From Acidimicrobiia bacterium (GTDB lineage: Bacteria > Actinomycetota > Acidimicrobiia > Spongiisociales > ZC4RG35), in NCBI GenBank assembly GCA_037969415.1, contig JBBKXI010000166.1, forward strand, positions 1 through 45,822: a stretch of DNA of 45,822 nt. The letters run 5' to 3'. The translations under genes were made by a program, and so were the position numbers. Below are positions 17,445 to 26,644 of this stretch, one piece after another. Positions within the stretch are counted from its first letter, which is position 1. Every line of letters starts with the position of its first letter. The notes under the pieces were generated by a model. That model searched no databases. It saw nothing but the letters and a program-made list of their open reading frames with translations, and was not told the DNA's origin.

Positions 17445-19588
17445 CCGCGGCCCCACCAGTTCACCAGCAACTGGGGATGACTGACACCGAATACGACTCT
17501 GTCATCGACATCCTCGGCCGTGATCCCCGGCCCGCAGAATTGGCCATGTATTCGGTGATGTGGTCCGAGCATTGTTCCTACAAAAGTTCGCGGAAGCACC
17601 TGCGACGTTTCCCTACCGAGGCTCCATGGGTTGTAGTCGGCCCTGGCGAGAATGCCGGAGTAGTTGACCTCGGGGACGGTTGGCTTGCCGCTCTCCGCAT
17701 CGAGTCGCACAATCACCCCTCTTTCGTCGAGCCCTATCAGGGAGCGGCAACTGGTGTGGGGGGCATCCTGCGAGACGTATTCACCATGGGGGCCCGTCCC
17801 ATCGCCTTGTGGGACCAGATTCGCTTCGGCAATCTCGATAATCCCAAGAACAGGTATCTCCTCAATGGCGTGGTCTCGGGAATCGCTGGTTATGGAAATG
17901 CTGTGGGAGTCCCCACGGTTGGCGGCGAGATCGAATTCGACCGGGGATATGACGGAAACCCCCTGGTCAACGTGATGTGCCTTGGCATCATGCAGCGGGA
18001 ACAACTCGTTCTGGGAACGGCCGGAACCCCGGGCACGATTGCCGTTCTTCTCGGCAACGCCACCGGTCGTGATGGAATAGGTGGCGCCTCGGTGTTGGCG
18101 TCGGCCTCATTCGATGAGGAATCGGGGGCGAAGCGGCCGTCGGTCCAGGTTGGCGATCCGTTTGAAGAGAAGAAGCTGATCGAGGCCTGTCTCGAGCTGT
18201 ACGACAAGAACCTGGTCGTCGGAGTCCAGGATCTCGGTGCCGCCGGGCTATCTTGCGCCACTTCCGAGCCAGCCGGGCGCGCCGGCGTTGGAATGGATGT
18301 CGACCTCGACCGGGTCCACACCCGCGAATCGGGAATGACCGCACCGGAACTTTTGATGTCGGAATCTCAGGAGCGGATGATGGCATTTGTCTCACCGGAG
18401 AACGTCACTGAGGTTCTTGAGATTGCGGACCACTGGGAGATCGATTCGGCTGTGGTAGGAACCGTTCGCGACGGGGGCACTTTGACCATCACCCACAGCG
18501 GCGAAGTGGTCGCCGAGATCCCAGCCGCTTCGCTCGCTGACAACGCACCGCTCTATGACCGCCCCTCCGCGCGGCCTGACTGGCTTGACGACGTTCGATC
18601 CCGCCCCGGTCCTGATCTGACCGCGTACGAACCCGCCAGGCTCCTTGAGACGCTTCTCGATGACCCTGCAATTGGCTCGTCGGAGTGGATCCACGAGCAG
18701 TACGACCACATGCTTTTTCTGAACACGGTGATCGGGCCCGGCTCGGATGGGTCTCTGCTCCGAATCAGGGGGACCGACAAAGCCCTAGCGGTTTCTACGG
18801 ATGGCAACGGAAGATTGTGTTATCTCGACCCGAGAATCGGCGGGGCGCGGCTGGTCTATGAGGCGGCTCTCAATGTGGCTGTGACCGGAGCCCGACCCCT
18901 GGCAGTAGTGGATAATCTCAACTTCGGCAACCCGAAAAAGCCCGAAGTGATGTGGCAATTCATCGAGTCGGTAGAGGGGATCTCACAAGCTTGTGAGGCA
19001 TTGGGGATCCCGGTCATCGGCGGCAACGTCTCCTTCTACAACGAGACCGACGGCGTGGATATCAATCCGACCCCGGTTGTGGGTGTATTGGGTCTGGCCG
19101 ATCCGATGCCGATGAATCCACCACGTCTCAGCCGGGCAGAAGAGGGAATGGAACTCTGCATGGTGGGGCCGGCGCCATCAGGTTCATTGGCCGGCTCAGC
19201 GGTCCAGAGGGTCCTTGGCAAACGGAACGGAGGGGTGCCGACGGCCCCCGACCCTGCAACGGCCGTGCGGGTCGTCGAATTCGCTGTCGAACTCGCCCAC
19301 CGTGTGGCTGTACTCCATGACATTTCCGACGGCGGCCTAGCTGTCGCCGCGACCGAGATTGCGATCGCGTCGGAGATCGGTGTCACCATCGAAGCCGAGC
19401 ATCCTTTTTGCGAGGATCCCCACCGCTTCCTGGTGGCCGCCCATCCCGGGACGGTCGATCTACCTGACGACATCGTTCTCAAGGTTGGAGTTTTTGGCGG
19501 TAAAGAGATCAGCATCAATGGATCGACGATTCCCCTCGATCACGCAGCAGATTTATACAAGAACGCCCTCCCCCGCCGGATGGATTGA
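17441..19588 (+). CDS. purL: FGAM synthase II PurL
   Basis: The 715-aa product carries [11 protein letters not shown] ... ESHNHPS ... GGILRD. It has an ATGA overlap with purQ. Confidence 0.95.
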   Translation: MTAAPPVHQQLGMTDTEYDSVIDILGRDPRPAELAMYSVMWSEHCSYKSSRKHLRRFPTEAPWVVVGPGENAGVVDLGDGWLAALRIESHNHPSFVEPYQGAATGVGGILRDVFTMGARPIALWDQIRFGNLDNPKNRYLLNGVVSGIAGYGNAVGVPTVGGEIEFDRGYDGNPLVNVMCLGIMQREQLVLGTAGTPGTIAVLLGNATGRDGIGGASVLASASFDEESGAKRPSVQVGDPFEEKKLIEACLELYDKNLVVGVQDLGAAGLSCATSEPAGRAGVGMDVDLDRVHTRESGMTAPELLMSESQERMMAFVSPENVTEVLEIADHWEIDSAVVGTVRDGGTLTITHSGEVVAEIPAASLADNAPLYDRPSARPDWLDDVRSRPGPDLTAYEPARLLETLLDDPAIGSSEWIHEQYDHMLFLNTVIGPGSDGSLLRIRGTDKALAVSTDGNGRLCYLDPRIGGARLVYEAALNVAVTGARPLAVVDNLNFGNPKKPEVMWQFIESVEGISQACEALGIPVIGGNVSFYNETDGVDINPTPVVGVLGLADPMPMNPPRLSRAEEGMELCMVGPAPSGSLAGSAVQRVLGKRNGGVPTAPDPATAVRVVEFAVELAHRVAVLHDISDGGLAVAATEIAIASEIGVTIEAEHPFCEDPHRFLVAAHPGTVDLPDDIVLKVGVFGGKEISINGSTIPLDHAADLYKNALPRRMD

Positions 19589-19623
19589 CCCAAAGGACAA
19601 ATCCGCCCTTCTGTCCGACGAAA

Positions 19624-20676
19624 TCACTCAGGCAGCAGTAGGAGACTATCCCCGAACTCGTGCCAGAGGTATCCGTTGTCCAAGGCCGATCGGTAGGCGA
19701 CCTCCAGCCTGGATCGCCCGCAGATGGCTTCAAGCATGTCGAGATGGGTCGACTCCGCGTAGTGCCAACCTGTGATCAAGCCGTCCACGGATTGGATTGC
19801 ACGATGCCGGCGGATCACCAGGTCAGTCACAGAATCAGCTGGATGGACCCGTCCCTGCCGGTCCACGACCGATTCCAGTGCACGGACCACAGTCGTTCCG
19901 ACAGCGATCACCCTGCCCCGTTCAGACCGGGCGTGATTGATTCGAGCGGCGGTGGTCTCCGAGACCCGGAACCGCTCCGGATAGGGCTGTTCGCCTGACT
20001 CCAGAGAGGAGACACCGGTATGGAGGGTGATTGGGGCGACGCCGACCCCCAGGCTGGCTAACGATGCCAGCACGCGGCCGCTGAATGGACGCCCGGCGCT
20101 GGGCATCTCGGCAGATCCCGGCTCGCGGGCAAAAATGGTCTGGTAGTCAGCCAGCGGATAGGCCTCAGATACATGTGGATACCTGATGGGCTCGCCGTAC
20201 ATAACCAGGTGATCAACGAGGGGACGGCCAATGTCGAATGTGCCGAGCCACAATCGCTGGCTTGGTGATCGATGTGGATACGGGCTGAGCAACTCGATCG
20301 CTCCGTCGCCTGGTAAGGAGAACCTTCCTGGGGCGGCGTCGAGGTCGCGAATCGAACCGACAGCGACCCTAGTTCTGGGCTCGACCACAGCAAACCCGCC
20401 GTCGAGGATTGTTGAGACATTGAATACCCGATCACCTTTTGCCAGCGACGCCGGCAACGTGCGGGAGTTGTTGACCACTACAAGGTCGCCCGGGTTCAAG
20501 GTTGCCGCCAGATCCGTAAAGGACCGATGGGACACTCCTGCAGCGGTTGAAACCATCAACCGCACTCCGTCCCGATCCAGACCTCTCGATTCCGGTGGCG
20601 ACGGGGCGGCGAGACCATCCGGCACTATGAAGCCTTCGAGAAATTCGCCTACCGCGCGCGCCAGACCGAGGCTCAA
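19624..20676 (-). CDS. QueA-family protein (divergent S-adenosylmethionine:tRNA ribosyltransferase-isomerase homolog)
   Basis: It is collinear with QueA: LNPGDLVVVNNSRTLPA ... SAEMPSAGRPFS ... APITLHTG ... RVIAVGTTVVRALES ... HEFGDSLLLL. The canonical GAGTFQPV and NFHLPESTL blocks are altered to HTGVSSLE and GWHYAESTHL. The TTG start overlaps the SDR stop as TTGA. Confidence 0.7.
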   Translation of the reverse strand: MSLGLARAVGEFLEGFIVPDGLAAPSPPESRGLDRDGVRLMVSTAAGVSHRSFTDLAATLNPGDLVVVNNSRTLPASLAKGDRVFNVSTILDGGFAVVEPRTRVAVGSIRDLDAAPGRFSLPGDGAIELLSPYPHRSPSQRLWLGTFDIGRPLVDHLVMYGEPIRYPHVSEAYPLADYQTIFAREPGSAEMPSAGRPFSGRVLASLASLGVGVAPITLHTGVSSLESGEQPYPERFRVSETTAARINHARSERGRVIAVGTTVVRALESVVDRQGRVHPADSVTDLVIRRHRAIQSVDGLITGWHYAESTHLDMLEAICGRSRLEVAYRSALDNGYLWHEFGDSLLLLPE

Positions 20677-21386
20677 TTCGATGCCGATGGGCTCAGAAAC
20701 GACTCGGCGGTGTACCGACCACTCGGCAAACCACTGGTCAAAAGATCGATCAAGGCGGGTACCCGCGATTCCGGTAATGGCCGATCTGAGATGTCCTCAC
20801 CGGAGAAAGCGTCCTGGTGCATCTGTGTTCTCATGTCTCCAGGGTCGAACCAGTAAACCGAAATGTCGGGTTCCTCGACGGCGAGGATGTTTGACATCTG
20901 TTCGAGAGCGGCCTTGGAGGACCCATATCCCCCCCAGCCTTCATAAGCCTCGACCGCCGCGTCGGACGTCATGTTGACAAGTGTCCCGCCGGAAGCGCGC
21001 AGATGTGGGATAGCAAGTTGGGTAAGTGCGAGCGGTGCCAGGAGGTTTACCTCGATGACGGTCTTCAGTGCATCGACCGGGTATTCGCTCAGCCGGGGTT
21101 GGGGAATCGGTCCCAAAGTGCTGGCATTGTTGACCAAAACTCGGAAATCATTTAGTTCAATCGCCGATTCCACCAACTCGAAGCGGTGACCCTCATCGGC
21201 AACGTCACCGGCGATGGCTCGGACCTGACCCGGCCCTATGGCTTCGAGCATGCGAGCGGCTTCGTCGAGAGCGAATCGACTACGTCCATCGATAACCAGA
21301 TTCCAATTTTGGCCGGCAAGTTCTGTAGCTAGTGCCCTGCCAAAACCCATAGAACCGCCCGTGACAATTGCGGTGCTCACAGTCAT
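20673..21386 (-). CDS. SDR-family oxidoreductase
   Basis: TAIVTGGSMGFGRA (the TGxxxGxG motif), NNAS and the catalytic YGSSKAAL. The start is probably the ATG at 21386. The ORF track extends to a TTG at 21440. Confidence 0.8.
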   Translation of the reverse strand: MTVSTAIVTGGSMGFGRALATELAGQNWNLVIDGRSRFALDEAARMLEAIGPGQVRAIAGDVADEGHRFELVESAIELNDFRVLVNNASTLGPIPQPRLSEYPVDALKTVIEVNLLAPLALTQLAIPHLRASGGTLVNMTSDAAVEAYEGWGGYGSSKAALEQMSNILAVEEPDISVYWFDPGDMRTQMHQDAFSGEDISDRPLPESRVPALIDLLTSGLPSGRYTAESFLSPSASN

Positions 21387-21435
21387 ATCCGGTTCGATTA
21401 CACCCTGTTTGATCTCCATAAGCAGATCGTACAAG

Positions 21436-21457
21436 TTCAAGTTAACTTGAAGTCAAG
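21436..21457. promoter_or_regulatory. Perfect 16-bp AT-rich palindrome plus a third half-site (candidate operator)
   Basis: TTCAAGTTAACTTGAA (21436-21451) is followed by AG-TCAAG (to 21457). The half-sites read TCAAG / CTTGA / TCAAG. The element lies in the SDR-QueA / pfk divergent region. Confidence 0.45.
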
Positions 21458-21552
21458 AAGCTTTTTAGCGGCGGCCGGGCCGGACCAACCAAGTGCAGCT
21501 TCAATTGGGAGTGGAGCGGTTGGTCAGAGTTTTCGGGGTTAGCATCGGCCTG

Positions 21553-22674
21553 ATGCCGAAGACGATTGGAATTCTGACTGCCGGGGGTGATAGCCCCGGC
21601 CTCAACGCGGCTATTCGAGCGGTCGGGAAGGCTGCCCAGAGGGCCCACGGGATGACTGTGATCGGCTTCTATGACGGGTTTCGGGGTCTACTGGAGAATC
21701 GCTACGCCACCCTGGAGTCGGACGACATCTCCGGCATCCTCACCCGGGGCGGGACCATTCTCGGGACCAGTCGCACCAACTGCACCAAGGTCGAAATGCC
21801 GGACGGGTCTGTCATCGACGGGCGACCTGAGATGAAAAGGGTCGCCGACAAGCACGAGCTGGATGCCCTGGTTTGTCTGGGCGGTGACGGCACAGCCCGC
21901 AACGCGGTCAGACTCGAAGAAGTTGGTATCCCCGTTCTGACTCTCCCTAAAACAATTGACAACGATGTCGCAGGGACCGACGTCACTTTCGGTTTCGACA
22001 CAGCAATGACAATCGCAACCGAGGCAATTGACCGGCTCCACTCCACTGCCCACTCCCATCACCGCATCATGGTCGTCGAGCTGATGGGCCATACGGTGGG
22101 GTGGTTGGCTCTCGGCGCCGGACTGGCTGGCGGAGCAGATGTGATTCTGATTCCGGAGGTACCCCACGATGTGGCGACGGTGGCGAGTTCCATCATCGCG
22201 CGCAAGGCCGCTGGGAGTGAGTTCTCGATCGTGGCGGTCGCCGAAGGTGCGATCAGCCGGGAATCAGCGGCGAGTCGAAACGCTCTTATAGAACAAAGGG
22301 CAAATGCGTCGGGGGACGAGCGAAAGAGGCTCAAGGCGGCTATCAAAGAACTCGACAGAACCCGGGTCGGCGGCACCAGCCACATGGCATCACAACTCAG
22401 CGAGTTGACCGGTCTCGAATCCCGAGTGACCATTCTTGGACATGTCCAGCGAGGAGGGATTCCCTCACCAGCAGACAGGCTCCTCGCGACAAGGCTGGGC
22501 ACAGCATGCGCCGACTACATCGAGGAGGGGGTCCACGGCGTCATGGTTGCCGCCCGCGGTGAGAGAACCGAAGCTGTCCCATTGAAGATCCCTGCCCGTG
22601 GCCCCAGGTCGGTTCCACCGGACCACAGTTGGGTCCGTGCCGCCCGGAGTCTGGGCATCTCTTTTGGTGATTGA
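21553..22674 (+). CDS. pfkA: 6-phosphofructokinase (actinobacterial PfkA clade)
   Basis: The start was set at the ATG at 21553 ([24 protein letters not shown]). Motifs are GGDGT, PKTIDND, MGH and GHVQRGG. Confidence 0.88.
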   Translation: MPKTIGILTAGGDSPGLNAAIRAVGKAAQRAHGMTVIGFYDGFRGLLENRYATLESDDISGILTRGGTILGTSRTNCTKVEMPDGSVIDGRPEMKRVADKHELDALVCLGGDGTARNAVRLEEVGIPVLTLPKTIDNDVAGTDVTFGFDTAMTIATEAIDRLHSTAHSHHRIMVVELMGHTVGWLALGAGLAGGADVILIPEVPHDVATVASSIIARKAAGSEFSIVAVAEGAISRESAASRNALIEQRANASGDERKRLKAAIKELDRTRVGGTSHMASQLSELTGLESRVTILGHVQRGGIPSPADRLLATRLGTACADYIEEGVHGVMVAARGERTEAVPLKIPARGPRSVPPDHSWVRAARSLGISFGD

Positions 22675-22683
22675 GTTGGGCGA

Positions 22684-25008
22684 TTGAGCCAGCCGAGAAC
22701 TGTCGCGATATCTGGTGGTGGCCCGGCGGGCCTGTACCTGGCCATCCTTCTCAAAAAAAACGATCCATCGATCCAGGTCGACCTTTACGAACGCAATACT
22801 CCCGCTGACGCATATGGATTTGGGGTCGTTTTCTCAGACGAAACGCTGGAAAACATCGAGTCCGCTGACCGAGAGTTCTACGACTCGCTCACCGCTGAAT
22901 TCCGGCAATGGGGTGTTATCGAGGTCCGTCACTTCTCAGGCGAGGTCATCCGCTCCGGAGGCCACGGTTTCGCCGCTGTTGGTCGACGCACCTTGCTGGA
23001 GCTATTGACCGAACGTGCCGAGGAGGTTGGCGCCAACCTTCATTTCTCGGCAGAGATCACCAATGTCGAACAGCTCGCCGGAGCCGATGTGATTGTGGGC
23101 GCCGATGGAGCACACAGTCTCATCCGAAATAGCTTCCCCGATGTTTTCGAGCCGACGTTGGAGCCGCGACGTAACAAATACATCTGGTTTGGAACCGACA
23201 AGGTGTTTGATGATTTCACCTTCATTTTTGAGAACACCGAGCATGGCATGGTCTGGGCGCACATATACCCCTATTCCGCCACCGCCAGCACCTTCATCGT
23301 GGAGATGGCGCCGGAGACATGGTCGACGCTCGACCTCGACGTAAACGAACACCGCGAGTGGGGACCGCAGGAGAGCGACGACCTGGCGCTCAAGTTTTCC
23401 GAGGGGCTATTCGCCCGACATCTCGATGGACATTCACTGACCGGGAACAAATCACGATGGCTACATTTCCCCACCATCTCGTGTCGACGATGGAGCCACG
23501 AGAACGTGGTGCTGATGGGCGATGCAGTCCACACCGCCCACTTTTCGGTGGGATCGGGAACAAAACTCGCCCTCGAGGATGCCATATCCCTGGCCGGCCA
23601 CCTCCTCTCCGACAATGCCTTGCCCGACTCACTACGTGCGTATGAGAGTGATCGTCGTCCCATTGTCGATTCCACTCAACGGGCGGCAAAGGCCAGCCTG
23701 GAATGGTTTGAGGGCGCTGATCGGTACATCGGTCAGGAGCCAGAGCAGTTTGCATTCTCCATGCTGACCCGGAGTCAGCGGGTCACCTACGACAACCTTC
23801 GCCTGCGCGACCCCGGGTATATGGAGTCGGTTGATAGATGGTATGCCGCATCAGACCACGGCTCTCCGGTGCCGACCTCACCAGAGACACCGCCGATGTT
23901 CCATCCCTTTCAGCTTCGCGACCTGGTTCTGCCCAACCGGATCGTCGTCTCGCCGATGGACCAGTATTCCGCCGAAGGAGGGATGCCCAGCGAGTGGCAT
24001 CTGGTTCATTTGGGGAGCCGCGCCGTGGGCGGGGCTGGGTTGGTGATGACCGAAATGACCTGCGTGTCGCCAGAAGGCCGAATTAGCTCCGGCTGCACCG
24101 GCATATGGACCGACCAACAGGCGGAGATATGGAAGCGGATCGTTGAATTCACCCGCCAGCACAGCGAGGCGAAGATCGGGCTCCAGATCGGACACTCCGG
24201 CCGCAAAGGCTCTACCAAGCTGATGTGGGAGGGAGATAGCGAGCCCCTCGAACATGGCAACTGGGAGATCATGTCTCCCTCACCGATCAAGTATCGGCCC
24301 GACAGCCAGACTCCACGCCAGATGACCCGCGACGACATGGACAAAGTGGTTGCTGATCATATCGCCGCGGCACGACGTGGTGCCGACGCTGGATTCGATC
24401 TTCTCGAGTTGCACTTTGCCCATGGATATCTGGCCTCGAGCTTTCTCAGTCCACTGGCAAACCAGCGAGACGATGAATACGGCGGAACCCTCGAGAATCG
24501 GATGCGTTTCCCACTCGAGCTCTTCGATCGTGTCCGCGAAGTCTGGCCGGTTGGCAGACCGCTGTCGGTGAGGATCTCGGCAACTGATTGGGTCGACGGT
24601 GGATTCGATGGGGACGACGCGGTCGAGCTTGCTCGTTGCCTCCAGGAACACGGATGCGACATCATCGACGTATCGACTGGCCAAACCAGCGTCGATGCCC
24701 GTCCAGAATACGGACGGCTCTATCAGACCCCCTTCTCCGACCGGATTCGCAACGAGGTAGGAATCCCGACCATGACCGTTGGCGCGGTGTCGAGTATCGA
24801 CGACGTGCACAACATTCTGGTGGCGGGAAGGGCTGACCTCTGTGTTCTGGCCAGACCGCACCTCGTCGACCCCTACTGGACGATGAACGCCGCTATCGAC
24901 CTCGGATTTACCGGCCACCCCTTCCCCAACCAGTACCTGTCAGGACTGGCCGCCCGAAGACGGGAACAAGATCCAATTGCACCAGATATCTTCCGCGGCT
25001 CCCGGTGA
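22684..25008 (+). CDS. Fusion of FAD-dependent aromatic-ring monooxygenase and Old-Yellow-Enzyme NAD(P)H:flavin oxidoreductase (salicylyl-CoA 5-hydroxylase / 2-aminobenzoyl-CoA monooxygenase-reductase type)
   Basis: The N-terminal half has ISGGGPAGLYLA, GADGAHS and LMGDAVHTAHFSVGSGTKLALEDA. The C-terminal half has PNRIVVSPM ... HSGRKG ... ELHFAHGYL ... a TIM-barrel OYE pattern. The only in-frame start is a TTG at 22684, 9 nt after the pfk stop. Confidence 0.78.
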   Translation: MSQPRTVAISGGGPAGLYLAILLKKNDPSIQVDLYERNTPADAYGFGVVFSDETLENIESADREFYDSLTAEFRQWGVIEVRHFSGEVIRSGGHGFAAVGRRTLLELLTERAEEVGANLHFSAEITNVEQLAGADVIVGADGAHSLIRNSFPDVFEPTLEPRRNKYIWFGTDKVFDDFTFIFENTEHGMVWAHIYPYSATASTFIVEMAPETWSTLDLDVNEHREWGPQESDDLALKFSEGLFARHLDGHSLTGNKSRWLHFPTISCRRWSHENVVLMGDAVHTAHFSVGSGTKLALEDAISLAGHLLSDNALPDSLRAYESDRRPIVDSTQRAAKASLEWFEGADRYIGQEPEQFAFSMLTRSQRVTYDNLRLRDPGYMESVDRWYAASDHGSPVPTSPETPPMFHPFQLRDLVLPNRIVVSPMDQYSAEGGMPSEWHLVHLGSRAVGGAGLVMTEMTCVSPEGRISSGCTGIWTDQQAEIWKRIVEFTRQHSEAKIGLQIGHSGRKGSTKLMWEGDSEPLEHGNWEIMSPSPIKYRPDSQTPRQMTRDDMDKVVADHIAAARRGADAGFDLLELHFAHGYLASSFLSPLANQRDDEYGGTLENRMRFPLELFDRVREVWPVGRPLSVRISATDWVDGGFDGDDAVELARCLQEHGCDIIDVSTGQTSVDARPEYGRLYQTPFSDRIRNEVGIPTMTVGAVSSIDDVHNILVAGRADLCVLARPHLVDPYWTMNAAIDLGFTGHPFPNQYLSGLAARRREQDPIAPDIFRGSR

Positions 25009-25018
25009 GGCGGTTTGT

Positions 25019-25062
25019 CTGTTCCCCCGGTTCGACTGTTCTCCCGGTTCGACTGTTCCCCC
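25019..25062. repeat. 17-nt tandem repeat, 2.6 copies
   Basis: CTGTTCCCCCGGTTCGA (25019-25035), CTGTTCTCCCGGTTCGA (25036-25052) and CTGTTCCCCC (25053-25062). The array starts 11 nt after the stop at 25008. Confidence 0.85.
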
Positions 25063-25214
25063 AGGAGCGGAGCGAGGGGGGAAAGGTTCCTTCAGGTCTG
25101 GAAAGGACCTGAAGGTAAGGGGGACTCAGAACCCGCGCGCAAAGCCAAAGTTGGTGCCTGAAGTCCCTCCTACCGCCGAGCAAGCTCGGCGGAGCCTTCC
25201 CCCCGTTCCGGGGG
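25056..25214. other. Chain of five consecutive stem-loops (candidate structured RNA or terminator array)
   Basis: H1 pairs 25056-62 with 25077-83 (TTCCCCC/GGGGGAA). H2 pairs 25089-98 with 25106-15 (CCTTCAGGTC/GACCTGAAGG, 10 bp). H3 pairs 25119-29 with 25158-69 (11 bp with one bulge). H4 pairs 25173-81 with 25184-92 (CCGCCGAGC/GCTCGGCGG). H5 pairs 25200-05 with 25209-14 (CCCCCG/CGGGGG). Confidence 0.4.
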
Positions 25215-25293
25215 ACAGTAAAACATCGCTCCGCTCTGGGGGGAGAGTTCCGTTCCGGCGGGACAGCGAAGACGTGGCTCCTTGACCGAAGCC

Positions 25294-26526
25294 CTAGCGC
25301 TCGGTGACCTCGGTGATCCTCTTCTCGATGAAATTCCGTTCGACATCGTTGCCGACCAAAGGCAGAGCACGTTCATAGGCGTTCAGAGCCTCCTTTTCCT
25401 CTCCGCATTTGGTGAGGAAATGGCCCCGGGCGGTATGAAAAGCGTGATATCCGTCCAGGACATCCGTCAGTGGCTCCAGAGCGGCCAACCCTTCCCGACA
25501 TCCAAAAGCCTCACCAATCGCCACGGCACGGTTGAGCAGGACCACCGGCGCCTCGTAGATCGCGACCAAACCGTCATACCAATCAACGATCCGGCGCCAG
25601 TTGGGTGACCCCGAAGAGTGCTCGGAAGCGATTTCGGCCTGAAGGAGATAGGGTCCGGCCATTGTCGTTGCCCGGGCAGTCTCGAGCGCCCGGCGCGCTT
25701 CCTCGATCATTGCCTGATCCCACAGTGCTCGATCCTGATCCTTGAAAAGGACGATTTCACCACTCAAGCCGACTCGCGCCCGGCGGCGACTGTGTTGGAA
25801 GAGCATCAAGGCCAGAAGACCAAACACTTCTGACTCGTCTGGCATCAATTCTGCGATGACTCCAGCGAGTTCGATGGCTGCTCCGGCGAGATCGCTCCGG
25901 ATCAAGTCGGTTCCTCCTGACGAGAAATATCCCTCGTTGAAGATCAGGTACACCGTCGAGAGAACGGCCGGAAGGCGATCAGTCAACTCATGGTGCTCAG
26001 GCACCTTGAAAGGAATTCCGGCATCGCGGATCTTCGTCTTGGCCCGCACCAGTCTTTGCGCCATGGTGGTCTCTGACACCAGGAAAGCACTGGCGATCTC
26101 GGGTGTTGTGAGACCGCCGACCGTTCGAAGTGTGAGCGCAATCTGCTTGTCAGTAGACAACGAGGGGTGACAACAGGCGAAAATCAACTCGAGACGGTCA
26201 TCGCGAAACGTTGGCGGAGGCTCCAACTCCGGGTCGGCCTGATCGATCTCAACCTGACGGTATCCGGCAAGTACAAGCTGCTTTCTCGCCAGATTGTCGC
26301 GTCGCCGGATCCGATCGATTGCACGCCTTCGGGCGACTGTCGAAATCCAGGCAGGAGGATTGTCGGGTATCCCCTTTTTGGGCCACTCCCGCAATGCCTG
26401 GACCAGAGCATCCTGGACTGCCTCTTCGGCGAGGTCGATATCGCGAGACATACGCGAGATCGAAGCGAGCACCATCGAGTAGGACTCACGGAACACCTGC
26501 TCGATCGCTTGCCTGGACGGATCCAT
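25294..26526 (-). CDS. ECF-type RNA polymerase sigma factor with ~200-aa C-terminal extension (ECF42-like / DUF6596-like architecture)
   Basis: Trimmed to the ATG at 26526 ([12 protein letters not shown]). Region 2 reads [43 protein letters not shown]. Region 4 reads [30 protein letters not shown] long helical, TPR-like tail follows. Confidence 0.8.
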   Translation of the reverse strand: MDPSRQAIEQVFRESYSMVLASISRMSRDIDLAEEAVQDALVQALREWPKKGIPDNPPAWISTVARRRAIDRIRRRDNLARKQLVLAGYRQVEIDQADPELEPPPTFRDDRLELIFACCHPSLSTDKQIALTLRTVGGLTTPEIASAFLVSETTMAQRLVRAKTKIRDAGIPFKVPEHHELTDRLPAVLSTVYLIFNEGYFSSGGTDLIRSDLAGAAIELAGVIAELMPDESEVFGLLALMLFQHSRRRARVGLSGEIVLFKDQDRALWDQAMIEEARRALETARATTMAGPYLLQAEIASEHSSGSPNWRRIVDWYDGLVAIYEAPVVLLNRAVAIGEAFGCREGLAALEPLTDVLDGYHAFHTARGHFLTKCGEEKEALNAYERALPLVGNDVERNFIEKRITEVTER

Positions 26527-26553
26527 CACCCCATTCTCACCATTCTGTGAACC

Positions 26554-26578
26554 GAAATTGTGCCCTAGCCACAAATTC
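26554..26578. promoter_or_regulatory. Imperfect inverted repeat upstream of purF
   Basis: GAAATTGTGCC-CTA-GCCACAAATTC has 9 of 11 positions complementary. It lies 67-91 nt upstream of the purF GTG, in the sigma/purF divergent spacer. Confidence 0.3.
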
Positions 26579-26644
26579 CCTTCACAAAACGAAAGTAGGC
26601 GGACGCAACTACGGGAAGACGGGCGCGCTGGGTAGGATGCGAAC

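Noticed and set aside
25027-25052. The GGTTCGA strings inside the 17-mer repeats resemble the tRNA T-loop consensus. This raised the possibility of a tRNA fragment or an att site.
   Set aside because: The flanking bases cannot form a T-stem (CCCGG is not followed by CCGGG after a 7-nt loop). No acceptor or anticodon arm can be drawn, and no integrase is nearby.
25019-25215. 6C-type actinobacterial sRNA, considered because of the multiple C5-6 runs.
   Set aside because: In 6C RNA the C-runs sit in hairpin loops. Here the C-runs are in stems paired to G-runs, and I could not draw the two-hairpin 6C fold. An Infernal scan would still be the proper test.
24977-25376. ORFs 24977-25285(+) and 25170-25376(-), which cover the repeat-rich spacer.
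   Set aside because: They run through the tandem repeats and hairpins and overlap the ends of the flanking genes out of frame. Their translations look like Pro/Gly/Arg-rich noise, and no ribosome-binding site is evident.
26527-26644. ZTP (pfl) or other purine-responsive riboswitch in the pur leaders (purF, purC, purE and purB upstream regions).
   Set aside because: I found no CCGCCUGGGC-type 3' element and no GGGUCGUGACUGGCG-like 5' element in any of the four leaders. The purB leader is only 39 nt.
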